A DNA stretch of 64,000 nucleotides from Squalus acanthias (lineage: Eukaryota): NCBI GenBank assembly GCA_030390025.1, contig CM059432.1, positions 930,001 through 994,000 of the forward strand, in the 5' to 3' direction. The notes beneath the pieces were generated by a model that ran no database searches, was not told the origin of the DNA, and was given only the letters and a program-made list of their open reading frames with translations. The number at the start of each line of letters is the position of its first letter. Within the stretch, counting starts at the first letter, position 1. Position numbers and translations under genes: made by a program. This document shows positions 22,367 to 34,870 of this stretch, piece by piece.

Positions 22367-24970
22367 TATGAGGGGATTTGATAGAGTAAATAAGGAGAAA
22401 CTGTTTCCACTGGCAGGAGGGTCGGTAACCAGAGGACACAGATTTAAGATAATTGGCAAAAGAACCAGAGACGACATGAGAATTTTTTTTTTTACCCAGC
22501 GAGTTGTTATGACCTGGAACGCGCTGCCTGAAAGGGCGGTGGAAGCAGATTCAACAGTAACTTTCAAAAGGGAATTGGATAAATACTTGAAAAGGAAAAA
22601 TTTGCAGAGCTATGGGGAAAGAGCAAGTGAGTGAGACCGGATGGGATGCATCCTAGGATGCTGAGGAAGGTTAAGGAGGAAATCGCGGAGGTACTCGTCA
22701 TAATCTTCCAATCCTCCTTAGATACAGAAGTGGTGCCAGAGGACTGGAGAATTGCAAATGTTATACCCTTCTTCAAAGAAGGGTGTAAGGATAAACCCAG
22801 CAACTACAGGCCAGTCAGTTTAACCTCGGTAGTGGGGAAGCTTTTGGAAATGATAATCAGGGACAAAATTAACAGTCATTTGGACAAGTGTGGATTAATT
22901 AAGGAAAGCCAGCACGAATTTGTTAAAGGCAAGTCATGTTTAACTAACTTGATCGAATATTTTGATGATGTAACAGACAGGGTTGATGAGGGCAATGCGG
23001 TTGACATGGTGTATATGGACTTCCAAAAGGCGTTTGATAAAGTGCCACATATTAGGCTTGCCAGCAAAGTTGAAGCCCATGGAATAAAAGGGACAGTGGC
23101 AGCATGGATACGAAATTGGCTAAGTGACAGGAAACAGAGAGTAGTGGTGAACGATTGTTTTTCAGATTGGAGGAAGGTATACAGTGGTGTTCCCCAGGGG
23201 TCAGTACTAGGACCACTGTTTTTCTTGATATATATTAATGACTTGGGTGTACTGGGCACAATTTCAAAATTTGCAGATGACACAAAACTTGGAAGTATAA
23301 TGAACAGTGAGGAGGAGAGTGATAGACTCCAAGAACACATAGACAGGCTGGTGAAATGGGCGGACACGTGGCAGATGAAATTTAACACAGAAAAGTGCGA
23401 AGTGATACATTTTGGTAGGAAGAACGAGCAGAGGAAATATAAACTAAAGGACACAATCCTAAAGTGGGTGCATGAACAGAGACCTGGGAGTATATGTGCA
23501 CAAATCATTGAAGGTGGCAGGGCAGGTTGAGAAAACGGTTAAAAGAGTATACGGGATACTAGTCTTCATGAATAGAGGCATAGGGGGAAAAATTGCATCG
23601 CGCCCCCTTTGGGGCGCTAACTTCGCTGGGGCGCTACTTTTGAAAAAATTAGCACCCCCAAGGCCGAAATTCATCGGTATCACCCCAAGAGGGAAGCGGG
23701 GTGCTACTGGAATCGCCCCGCCTCCCTCTTGGGGCACTGCGAGGGAATATCGCGGCGCTACGCATTGCGGCACGTCGCACCGCAGTACTGCAGGCCTTCC
23801 TCCCCTTCTTAAAGGCCTTGCGCAGCGTGACCCGGGGCCCAGCTGGGCCACCAGGGATCGGAGTGCCGGCAAAAGAGCCCGGCACTCAAGAGGCGTGCCG
23901 GGCTCACAGAGCGCAGCCGGCACTCCGCGGGGGGGGCTGCTGAGGAGGCCGGGGACGGCAACGGGGGCAAGTGCTGGCAGGGCCAAAAATGGCCGCCCGG
24001 CACCTCGCCTTTAATTAGCGCCACCCCGGCCACAGGTAGGCCCCCCTGACCCCGTTGGACATAGCGTCCGGCGATAAGTCAGGGGGCGATACCAAAGATC
24101 GCGGCCGGGGCGCTGCACACGGCAATGACGTCATCGCCAGTGGCGCAGCGCCATGGGGTGCTAGCGGTTACCGCCGCCGCTAACCTCCCGCTGGATTTCA
24201 TGGGAGGTGTTGGCAGTGCCGCGCCCGGGCGCTAGTTGCTTTGGGCACTAATGGGAGGCGCAAAGCAACTGAATTTTTCCCCCATAGAGTACAAAAGCAA
24301 AGAAGTTATGATGAACCTTTATAAATCACTGGTTCGGTCTCAACTGAAGTATTGTGTCCAATTCTGGGCACTGCACTTTAGGAAGGATGTGAAGGCCTCA
24401 GAGAGGGAGCAGAAAAGATTTACGAGAATTATTCCAGGGTTGAGGGACGTCAGTTATGTGGATAGACTAGAGAAGCTGGGGTTGTTCTCCTTAGAGCAGA
24501 GAAGATTGAGAGGAGATTTGATGGAGGTGTTCAACATCATGAGGGGTCTGGACAGAGTAGATGGAGAGAAACTGTTCCCATTGGCGGAAGGGTCGAGAAC
24601 CAGAGGACACAGATTTAAGGTGATTGGCAAAACAACAGAAGGTGACATGAGGAAAAACTTTTTACGCAGCGGGTGGTTAGGATCTGGAATGCACTGCCTG
24701 AAAGGGCGGTGGAGGCAGATTCAATCATGGCTTTCAAAAGGGAATTGGATAAGTACCTGAAGGAAAAAAAATTTGCAGGGCTATGGGGAAAGGGCGGGGG
24801 AGTGGGACTAGCTGAAGTGCTCTTGCAGAGAGCCGGCACGGGCTCGACGGGCTGAATGGCCTCCTTCTGTGCTGTAACCATTCTATGATTCTATGAATTG
24901 GAGAGCTCTTTCAAAGAGCTGGCACAGGCACGATGGCTGAATGGCCTCTACTGTGCTATATGATTCTATG
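22367..24970 (+). mobile_element. CR1 LINE RT to 3' end, interrupted by a TIR element
   Basis: ORF 22631-23530 (YMDFQKAFD, GVPQGSVLGP, FADD); frame resumes after 24283. Confidence 0.92.
23583..24283. mobile_element. PIF/Harbinger-type non-autonomous element (701 bp, GC-rich)
   Basis: TIR GGGGGAAAAATT / AATTTTTCCCCC; 3-bp TSD ATA; splits CR1 aatagaggc-ata-gagtac. Confidence 0.85.
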
Positions 24971-25817
24971 AACATCTGGGAAACGTTTACTTCATTGCCG
25001 ACATTAATGGAGCATGTGAGAGCTTGTTTGGAATGTGCCGCAGATCCCGGCCCAGGGAGCACCTGTGCAAAGAGGTTAAACTAAGCACTAGTGCGCTAAC
25101 GCTCGGAGCTAAGGGCAGATGTAGGTTTGAGTCCCGCTCTGCTCATTTCCCGATCTAAAGCCGTTTCATGCACGGGGGCACCAATTAGAGGCTTCTTGGG
25201 GAAGGAAAATCAATGAAGATCATTCTTGGGCAGTTCGCAGTGCCTCACTGTGGCGAGATACAAGGAGGAAATTCATGAATATTCCATTTTTTTTAATGGG
25301 ATATATTTAGAACTAGTATGTTAAACTTGAGTATAATACAACAATTTCTGTATTGTACTTATACTTTGCAAAACTTTTATATATGTAACGATGTAATTTT
25401 TTAAAATTCGTTTATGGGATCTGGCGTCGCTGGCAAGGCCAGCATTTATTGCCCATCCCTAATTGCCCTTGAGAAGGTGGCGGTGAGCCGCTGCCTTGAA
25501 CCGCTGCAGTCCGTGTGGTGAAGGTGCTCCCACAGTGCTGTTAGGGAGGGAGTTCCAGGATTTTGACCCAGTGACGATGAAGGATCGGCGATATACTTCT
25601 AAGTCAGGATGGTGTGTGACTTGGAGGGGAACTTGGAGGTACTGGTGTTCCCATGCGCCTGCTGTATATATGTATATAATATTGCAGGATGTCAGAATAT
25701 TATGTCATTATTGTATAAAAGACCAGAATGAAATGATTATTACATTAGATACAGGATACGGGCACTGGTTACTAAACGTTTCAGGATTTTCCACCCTTTT
25801 TTCCTATTTATTTGAGT

Positions 25818-26250
25818 TAGCCATGGCTCAGTGGGCAGCACTCTTGCCCCTGAGTCAGAAGGTTGTGGGTTCAAGTCCTGCTCCAGAGACTTGAGCACAA
25901 AAATCTAGGTTGACAATCCAGTGCAGTGCTGAGGGAGTGCTGCACTGTTGGAGGTGCCATCTTTCGGATGAGACGTTAAACGAGGCCCAAAGCAGACGTA
26001 AATTATCCTGTAGCATTATTTCGAAGAAAAGCAAGGGAGTTCTTCCTGGTGTCCTGGCCAATATTTATCCCTCAATCAACATCACAAAAACAGATTATCT
26101 GGTCATTATCACTCTGGTGTTTGTGGGAGCTTGCTGTGTGCAGATTAGCTGCCGCGTTTCCTACATTACAACAGTGGCTACACTTCAAAAAGTACTTGAT
26201 TGGCTGTCCTGAGATCATGAAGGCACTATATAATTGCAAGTCTTTCTTTC
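25818..26250 (+). mobile_element. Deu-type tRNA SINE
   Basis: A box tggctcagtgg, B box ggttcaagtcc. Confidence 0.82.
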
Positions 26251-27129
26251 TTTGGGATGTTAATTAAAATTAGTCCATTTTTTCCACCATTGGTCAGATT
26301 TTCCACTAACTCTTTAATATGCACTTGGTTTACATATCAATATTGCTCTGTTGCTGTGTCAAAGTCCTGCTAGTTTTATATGTATTGAAAATATTTTTTC
26401 TGATTTATGTTGTTATATTCTGACCCTTTCTGCAGTAGCCTGACAACAGACCCAGATAAACGGTGGGAAACAGACTTTTTCCATATGTAGATTGTTAGTC
26501 TGCCTATTAGTTAAATCCTTATTCAACAGAACATTTCTCCCACCACCAGTCTTCTCTTTACCTCCTTTTTTGGGGGGGATTTATTTTTTGAAGTGTGCGT
26601 TGGACCTTGCAGGTGTGGGACATGAGAGGAGCCCTCATCCAAGCTCATGGGTTGGTCTAAAGGGCCAGAATAGTAGCTTTGACAGCTGCTGGTACTTAAG
26701 TTCGAGGGCTAAGAATAATGTCGTGGATAATAGGCACAGCTTATTTGTTGTGGTTGGGCGATATGTTTGTTCTTTAATGTGTCTGCAGCTGAAAGAACAG
26801 CAACAAAAAAGCACGCTGACAGATATTGCTATGTCTATTTAAAGAAATATTGATGCATATGCAAAGATCTTATCGTCACTGTAATCACAGGCCCTCTTGT
26901 TTTTGCTGTGCTCTATTTCTTTCTTCGATGTGCAGAGGGCTTTTGTCACAGCTGCATGATTCACACAATAGACAAGGAATGCAGTGGTTGACGTTATCCA
27001 TCTCGAAACCACTGAGTCAAAGAAATTAGAGAAATTATAGTTTTCGCATTGTTCCTCTAAGTACCAAAGCAGTTAAGTGCTTAGCAGGAAATCCGCCAGA
27101 ATACTTGGAATATTTTTGAGTCCGTGCCC

Positions 27130-28525
27130 ATCTTTCCTGCAACTCCACGTTTGAACCTCTCCAGTCAGGCTTCCGGCCAGCCACAGCACTGAAACGGCCC
27201 TTATCAAAGTCACAAATTACATCCTATGTTACTGTGACCGTGGTAAACTATCCCTCCCCATCCTTCTCGGCCTGTCTGCAGCCTCTGACACGGTTGACCA
27301 CACCATCCCCCTCCAACGTCTCCTTCATCGTCCAGCTGGGTGGGATTGCACTGGCCTGGTTCCATTCTTGTCCATCAAGTCATAGCCAGAGAATCTCCTG
27401 CAATGGCTTCTCTTCTCACCCCCGCACCGTTATCTCTGATTTCCCCCAAGGATCTATCCTTGGTCCCCTCCTATTTATCATCTCCATGCTGCCCCTAGGT
27501 AACGTCATCTGAAAACACATCAGATTCCACATGTATGCTGATGACACCCAGCTCTACATCACCAACCCTGCCACTGCCTCTGATTTGTCACGTTGCTTGT
27601 CCAACATCCAATACTGGACAAGCAGAAATTTCCTCCAACTAAATATTGGGAAGATCAAAGTCAATGGGCTGGATTTTCATTGACCCGTGGAGGTGGGTTT
27701 GGAGGCATGTGGGGGGTTAAAATTGCGAAAACTGGCGGGTGCCTCCATCCCGCCTCCACGCAATTTTCATTAAATCGTGTCTGCTGGTCCCGACTTTGTC
27801 CCGCCTCTAAGAGGCGGGATAGGCTGTTAAGGCCCTTAACAAACACTAAATTGCCTCTATAATGCCATTTTGAAAGGCCTTTGTGATTTTAACCCTTTTT
27901 CTACGTGAAGCACACCTGTTCTGAACCACGAATGTGAAACCTGGCGGGAGCATGGCTGGCTGGGAGTCGTGGAGGAGACATATCTGGGAGTGGTGGTGCA
28001 AAAATATCTGGGAGTGGTGGTGCAAAAATATCTGGGAGCAGACTTAGGGCTGCTGCTGCTCATTTTGTATCCAGGTCCTCTCACAGCAAAGGCCAGGCAG
28101 TCTTTGCAGACCTTCAATGCAGCAGCAATGATGACATCAACAGAGGCGACTTTCAGACTGAAAACACTAATTGGGTCATGGGTTCCCACATGCTGGAACT
28201 CAATTGCCCAATTAGGTGAAAATCGCATCAATCTCCCACATCCAATTGCAGTCGGGTGGATGACACGAAAAGTGGATGACACGACCCCAACCCGCCCCAG
28301 TATCAAAATCCAGCCCATTGTCTTTGGTCCCCGCCACAAACTCCGTTCCCTAGCCACTGGCTCCATCCAGCCCTCCCCCGGCAACTGTCTGAGACTGAAC
28401 CAGACAGTTCACAACCTCTGCGACCCATTTGACCCTGAGCTGAGCATCCGACCACAAATCCTCTCCCTCACCAAGATCACCTACTTCCACTACGTTAAAG
28501 GCGCTATATAAACGGGAGTTGTTGT
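27130..28525 (+). mobile_element. L2 LINE RT fragment interrupted by a MITE
   Basis: PQGSILGPLLF and tatgctgatgacacccag (YADDTQ). Confidence 0.8.
27666..28316 (+). mobile_element. Harbinger-type MITE
   Basis: TIR GGGCTGGATTTT / AAAATCCAGCCC; flanks aat / att. Confidence 0.82.
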
Positions 28526-29129
28526 TTCATTTGTTTTACGGTTGATGTTTAATCAACTTATCAATTGTGTTCAACTGGAGAATTCCCAAAAGTAATGACT
28601 TCAGGACGGCAATGATTCCTGGGCTCAAATTAAATTATGTGTCAACATTCCTACAGATGTTGCTAATATTTTGGTGCAGACGGGAAGATCTGATACACAA
28701 CAATATCATGCAAGTAATTTACCCATAGATTAGTTATAAAGTATCTGGCTTGAGTGAAATATTACCTTTTGCTCAGTGTAGACATTGCAATATAAAATAG
28801 GATTAATCTGGACAATATGCCAAACTATATAATGGGAATAACACATCAGATTCTTGCTGGAAGTTAAAAGTCTGCGAAAAGCTTTTCTTCAACCATGCCT
28901 TCCGTTTCCACTCCCCAAAAAATCTCTACTCAGTGTCCATCTCTTTTTTTCTTGTCTGAGACATTCATTCAACTGAGGAATAAACATCATTTGTTATTGA
29001 TATTATTATTGTAAGATCTAATGGAAAGTGAAGACATCACCTTATTGTTACGGTGTACCATCAGCCTTGTTGGAACTTAATTTTAGCTGCTAAATGTCCA
29101 CTGTGAGGCTTCAGAGAAGCCGTTACATT

Positions 29130-29280
29130 AGACGGACCGAGCGCCGGGAGACGGACCGAGCGCCGGGAGACGGACCGAGCGCCGGGAGACGGACCGAGCG
29201 CCGGGAGACGGACCGAGCGCTGGGAGACGGACACTGGGAGACGGACCGAGCGCTGGGAGACGGACCGAGCGCTGGGAGAT
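29130..29280. repeat. 19-bp minisatellite (GACGGACCGAGCGCCGGGA)n
   Basis: about 7-8 units, ending about 80 nt upstream of exon I. Confidence 0.92.
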
Positions 29281-29358
29281 AGGGCACTATCTCCAGAAGA
29301 AGTACACTAGTGATGTTTAGACCCCGTTGCACTAACATCAGTTACTTATCCCCTTTAG

Positions 29359-29522
29359 GTCCAGCTGCGGTTTAGAATGAAGGTTCCTCAATCAGGCCAA
29401 TATGTCCTTGTTCTTGAATATGCCAATGAAGATGAGCGACTGCACAACCTTAATGCGGCTCTACACAGTCCTCCTGGAGCTGCTACACGAGGGAAATTTA
29501 ACCTGTACAGCTGCAAATACAG
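29359..29522 (+). CDS. LAMA3: LAMA3 exon I: VQLRFRMKVPQSGQYVLVLEYANEDERLHNLNAALHSPPGAATRGKFNLYSCKY
   Basis: ctttag|GTC...AG|gtacac; 164 nt, phase 0->2. Confidence 0.92.
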
Positions 29523-30111
29523 GTACACCTACACACAACAGGACTGACCCAGGATAAATCTCGCCTCGTTAGTGTGGCTAGACACAACAGGACTGACCTT
29601 GGTAATGTAAAGACGAATATCTGCTGGTTAGTGTGGCTAGACCCAACAGGACTGACCCAGGTAATATGGTGATAAAAGCAAAATGTGGATGGTGGAAATC
29701 TGAAAAAAAAATGTTGGAAATACTCAGCAGGTCAGGCAGCATCTTGTACATAAGAACATAAGAAATAGGAGCAGGAGTCAGCCATTAAGCCCCTCGAGCC
29801 TGCTCCGCCATTCAGTAAGATCACAGCTGAGCTGATCTTGGCCTCAACTCCACTTTCCTGCCTATTCCCCATAACCCTCGATTCCCCTGTAGCTCAAATA
29901 TCTGTCTATCTCCACCTTGAAGACTCAGCCTCCACAGCTCTCTGGGGTAGAGAATTCCAAAGATTCACAACCCTCAGAGAAGAAATTCCTCCTCATCTCC
30001 GTTTTAAATGGGCGACCCGTTATCCTGAAACTATGCCCCCTAGTTCTAGATTCCCCACGAGGGGAAACATCCTCTCAGCATCCACCCTGTCAAGCCCCCT
30101 CAGAATCTTAT

Positions 30112-30441
30112 GGGGTAAAAATTCGGTAGCTCCCCCTTTGGGGCACTACCTTCACCAGGGAGCAGGTGCTGGCAGGCGGCCAGCAACAAAAATGGCCGCC
30201 CGCCACCTCCCCTTTAACTAGCACCACCCCAGCTGCAGGTAGGCCCCCCTGACCCCGTTGGACATAGTGTCCGGCCGTAAGTCGAGGGGTGCCACCCAAT
30301 ATTACAGCCGGGGCGCTAACCTCCCGCTGAATTTCGCGGGAGGCGTTAGCGGCGCCGCGCCCAGGCGCTAGTTGATTTGCGCCCCGTTAGTGCCCTCTTA
30401 GGGCGCTAACGGGAGGCGTAAATCAACCGAATTTAGCCCCC
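30112..30441. mobile_element. Harbinger-type MITE (330 bp), internally deleted relative of 23583-24283
   Basis: ends GGGGTAAAAATTCGG / CCGAATTTAGCCCCC; TSD TAT; shares ggtaggccccc..tgaccccgttggacatag. Confidence 0.83.
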
Positions 30442-30830
30442 TATATGTTTCAATTAGATCACCTCTCATTCTTCTAATCTCCAATGAGCTGTCAAGCCCT
30501 CTCAGAATCTTATATGTTTCAATAAGATCACCTCTCATTCTTCTAAACTCAAATGAGTATAGGCCCAACCTGCTCAACCTTTCCTCATAAGACAATCCCT
30601 TCATCTCAGGAATCAACCTAGTGAACCTTCTCTGAGCTGCCTCCAATGCAAGTATATCCTTCCTTAAATAAGAGACCAAAACTGCACGCAGTACTCCAGG
30701 TGTGGTCTCACCAACGCCCTGTACAGTTGTAGCAAGACTTCCCTACTTTTATACTCCATCCCCCTTGCAATAAAGGCCAATATTCCATTTGCCTTCCTAA
30801 TTACTTGCTATACCTGTATGCTAACTTTTT

Positions 30831-31719
30831 GGGGAGAAATTCAGTATCGCCCCGTTTGGGGCGCAATTATCGGCCGGGCGCAAAGATTAGCGCCTAGGCG
30901 CTAATTATCGCCACCGACTGCAAACTTGACTTTTATCGCCCCTGGAGGTGATTGGAGCGCTAAATCAGGCGCTTCACACCTGTCTTAAGGCGCAAAGGCC
31001 GAGGAGCGAGGCGCTACCTCAGAGCGCTGGCGAAGCTCATGTGATGTCAGTCAGCAATGGAACACACACACAATGGCACGGGCCAGTTCTTAAAGGGAAT
31101 GGTTAATCTTGCTTTCGATCCATCCTGCTCATTGCAGCCTTGAATCTTGGCCTGGAGAGACCTGTACATCAAATCTGCTGGAAAGAACAATGGAGAGTAC
31201 CAGGCAAAGAGCTCAGAGTGCAGCCCCCACAGTCTCTTCTAAATCGATACAAGGAATGGCAAATCAAAATGAACCTGCAAAGTGCTGCTCAGTACCCAAA
31301 ACTCCTTCACACAACGTTGAATCTCTCCAGAAGTCTCTCTCTCTCTCTCAGAATGCGTGGTTCAAAAATGGCACCAACAATAAAAGGCAGGAAGCGGTCA
31401 CTTTTAAATAGCGCTCCCCCAGTCCCTTCATGACTGCAAAACGCTCCCCTCAACCTGTCGTTGCTAGCGTCAGGCGGTAAGGCAGGGGGCGCCACTCAAT
31501 TTCCGCTCCAGGGCGTTACCGGGGCGTTGCGCACTCGACTGACGTCACGATCTGCCGGCGCAGGAGATCGTGGCGGTAGTGTTTAGCGCCGCCGCAAAAT
31601 GTCTAGTTAATTTCGTGAGCGGCGCAAACTTCGCCGTGCCTGGGCGCTAGATGCTTTGCGCCCCATTAGCGCCCTCTTAAGGCGCTAACGGGAGGCGCAA
31701 CCAACTGAATTTTTCCCCC
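30831..31719. mobile_element. Harbinger-type non-autonomous element (889 bp)
   Basis: GGGGAGAAATTCAGT / ACTGAATTTTTCCCCC; TSD TTT. Confidence 0.83.
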
Positions 31720-31775
31720 TTTGTGTTTCATGTACGAGGACCCCCAGATCCTTCTGTACCGCAGCAGCTGTTATT

Positions 31776-32182
31776 GGGGTACGGTAGCATAGTGGTTATG
31801 TTACTGGGCTAGTAATCCAGAGGCCTGGACTAATGACCCCGAGACGAGTTCTAAATCCTATCATGGCAGCTGGGGAATTTTAATTCAGTTAATTAAATAA
31901 ATCTGGAATTTAGGAAAAAAAGCTATTAGCGGTAATGGCGGCCATGAAACTACCAGATTGTCGTGTAAACCCATCTGATTCACTAATGTCCTTTAGGGAA
32001 GGAAATCTACCGTCCTTACCCGGTCTGGCCCATATGTGACTCCAGACCCACAGCAATGTGGTTGACTCTTAACTGTCCTCTGAAATGGCAGCTCCCCACC
32101 ACCTTCTCAAGGGCAATTAGTGATAGGCAATAAATGCTGGCCTTGCCAGTGACGTCCACATCCCATGAATACATTTTTTTTT
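31776..32182 (+). mobile_element. tRNA-derived SINE with a 3' tail from the second LINE family
   Basis: A box tagcatagtgg, B-box-like gagttctaaatcc; tail gggcaattag...caataaatgctggccttgccag. Confidence 0.75.
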
Positions 32183-32396
32183 AAACTGTGCAGAGAGAAA
32201 CAGAGTTTCAGGTCGTTGACCTTTCATCATATAATGGTAAATCTAGTTAATGCATCATGTGCAACACAAAATAAGATCAGGAATTTCAATGGAATACTGT
32301 AATTAATATAAAACAAATGGGCTGCGTGGTGATATAAATGTTTTGAATTATTATATTTATAAAATATGTAATTGCGACCATGTGCATTTGCTGCAG

Positions 32397-32505
32397 TTTC
32401 CTTTGTCGGAGTGTTGTAATTGACGCACAGAATCGCGTGGCAGTTTTCGATCTGACTTCTTACGCTGACGTCCTTCTACAGGGAACATTAGTCAGTTTTT
32501 TGCTG
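32397..32505 (+). CDS. LAMA3: LAMA3 exon J: FLCRSVVIDAQNRVAVFDLTSYADVLLQGTLVSFLL
   Basis: ctgcag|T...CTG|gtaagt; 109 nt, phase 2->0. Confidence 0.92.
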
Positions 32506-32530
32506 GTAAGTACATTGTTCCACACACTGT

Positions 32531-33232
32531 GGGCTGGATTTTGTCTTGGGGTCGGGTTGGGGTCGTGTAATCCGTATTTCGTGTTTCCCCCCCGACTCCA
32601 GATTAATGTGGATGCCTGATGCAATTTTCACTTAATTGGGCAATTGAGTTGCAGCATGTGGGAACCCATGAACTAATTAGTGTTTTCAGTCTGAAAGTCG
32701 CCTCTGATGATGTCATCATTGCTGACTGCCTAGTCTCAGAGACTGTTGGTGAGAGAGGACCTGCCTGGCTTTTGATGTGAGTGGACCTGGATGCAAAAAT
32801 GGGGGGGGGGACAGAGAGAGAGAGACAGACAGACAGACCGACAGACCAAATGCCAGGCAGTCTCTGAAGACATTCAATGCAGCAGCATCAGAGGCGACTT
32901 TCACACCTAATACTACCTTCATCACATCTCCGTTGTAATAGTGGACCTGCAGCCCAGCCGATAGTCAGCTATCCACAAGTGTTTCACACCAGGCGTGCTT
33001 CACGTCAGAAGAGGGTTAAACTAGCTACAGCGTTTCAAAATGGCATTATAGAGCTTGTTAAGGGCTTTAATGGCCTCTCCCGCCTCTTGAAGGCGGGACG
33101 GAGTCAGGAACCCCGCGACTGATTATGTCAAAATTGCGTGGAGGCGGGATGGGGACGGAATGCCCGATCCTGCAAATTTAACCCCCCACACGCCTCCAAA
33201 CCCTACTCCATGGGTCATTCAAAATCCAGCCC
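32531..33232 (-). mobile_element. Harbinger-type MITE, inverted copy of the 27666-28316 family
   Basis: TIR GGGCTGGATTTTG / CAAAATCCAGCCC; TSD TGT. Confidence 0.85.
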
Positions 33233-33822
33233 TGTGTGTGCCAGATGTGGAAGTCGTGTATTTCTTCAGTGCTGTACATTTAGAAAAGTTGCATTTGTCA
33301 AGTTTTTTTCTGAGGTAAGGAACGTTTTCCAAGTCCGCGCTCATGGTAAGTTACCTTACCTGCTGCTAGAGCACATCAGCTAACGGCACGCAGCATTTCA
33401 GACACATGTTGGTGATGGGCGAGGTACTCAGCAAATCTACTCTTTAGAAACGATCAATTATTTTACAAAAAGTGCCCTTTGGTAGCGATTGTGCAGCTCT
33501 GAAAGTTGGATATGTCTGTAAAAATAACATCTTCAAGTTATTTGAATTTATCTAAATGTAAAGACTGTGAAGTACAATTAAAGACCTGTGCTAAAATCTA
33601 ATGGGTTGAAATTACAGGATATGATATTAGTAACGAACATGCTAGTGAGATCTCTTTGTTTGCTATTTTAATGAAGATGTTAATCTGTTCAGTTTATCCT
33701 ATTTTGTCTGTCCTCATTCAACATCCACACACAGTTGCACTTGGGCAACCCGGGTAGCAATCGGGAACCAAGAGTGGAATGATTTCCCCTCCTTAACACA
33801 GGACCACTAAGGCCAATTGTAG

Positions 33823-34452
33823 CATAGGAACACAGGAACAGGAGGAGGTCATTCGGCCCCTCGAGCCTGTTCCGCCATTCTATTAGATCATGGCTGATCT
33901 GTATCTTAACTCCATCTACCCGCCTTGGTTCCGTAGCCCTTAATACCCTTACCCAACAAAGATCTATCAGTTTTGAAATTTTGAATTGACCCCCAGTCTC
34001 AACAGCTTTTTGGGGGAGAGAGTTCCAGATTTCCACTACCCTTTGTGTGAAGTGCTTCCTGACATCACCCCTGAACGGCCTGGCTCTAATTTTAAGGTGA
34101 TGCCCCCTTGTTCTGGTCTACCCCCACCAGAGGAAATAGTTTCTCTCTCTATCGACCCGATCGAATCCTTTAATCATCTTAAACCTCAGTTAGATCACCC
34201 TCAATCTTCTTGAGGGAATACAAGCCCAGTCTGTGCAACCTGTCCTCATAATTTAACCCTTTTAGCCCCGGGTATCATTCTGGTGAATCTGCGCTGCTCC
34301 CCCTCCAAGGCCAATATATCCTTCCTGAGGTGCGGGGCCCAAAACTGAACACAGTGCTGCAAATGGGGTCTAACCAGATCTTTATATAACTGTAGCACCC
34401 CTTTGTATTCCAGCCCCCCTTGAGATAAAGGCCGACATTCTATTAGCCTTTT
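33823..34452 (-). mobile_element. CR1 3' fragment
   Basis: ORFs 34246-34476 and 33689-34036. Confidence 0.85.
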
Positions 34453-34772
34453 AATATTGTTTTTATGTCTGTTCACCAGCTATTAGTAGCATCCCTACTG
34501 ACATCAGCCAACTTTACCCAGAATCGGAATCGACCCTGCTACCTTCTGTTTTTCATGGCGGTGTCATGCAGTGGACTTATAAATGACCGAGCAAGTGTTA
34601 CGAGTCACAAGAGGAACTCACTCCTAATTGTAGTATTATCAAATGCAGCAAATGTCCCGCAAAAGGCAACACACTTGCAATGCTGAGCTGACTTGATTCA
34701 CTGAACAGGTTATTAAAATAACATAGTATTTATTAATATTTTGTATGTTTTTTTATTCCTTTCCATGGACAG

Positions 34773-34870
34773 CACAAAGTTTATTTAATACCGTTGAAAG
34801 AATTCTGCATTGAACACGTGGAACCGAAGGTCCACTGCATCGCCACTCATGGACCCGTCACAAACAGGAG
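34773..34870 (+). CDS. LAMA3: LAMA3 exon K: HKVYLIPLKEFCIEHVEPKVHCIATHGPVTNR
   Basis: ggacag|CAC...AG|gtaaaa; 98 nt, phase 0->2. Confidence 0.92.

Larger units (their letters stand above)
29748..31765 (-). mobile_element. CR1 3' fragment carrying two Harbinger-type insertions
   Basis: tail acataagaacataag; ORF 30398-30679. Confidence 0.88.

Noticed and set aside
22876..23508. Antisense ORFs opposite CR1 RT (also 56229-56642, 50141-50593)
   Set aside because: Recurrent shadow frames of CR1 ORF2 with no independent coding signal.
23459..24033. Overlapping GC-rich ORFs or a CpG-island promoter
   Set aside because: Contained in a TIR/TSD-bounded MITE inserted in a CR1; no recognisable domain.
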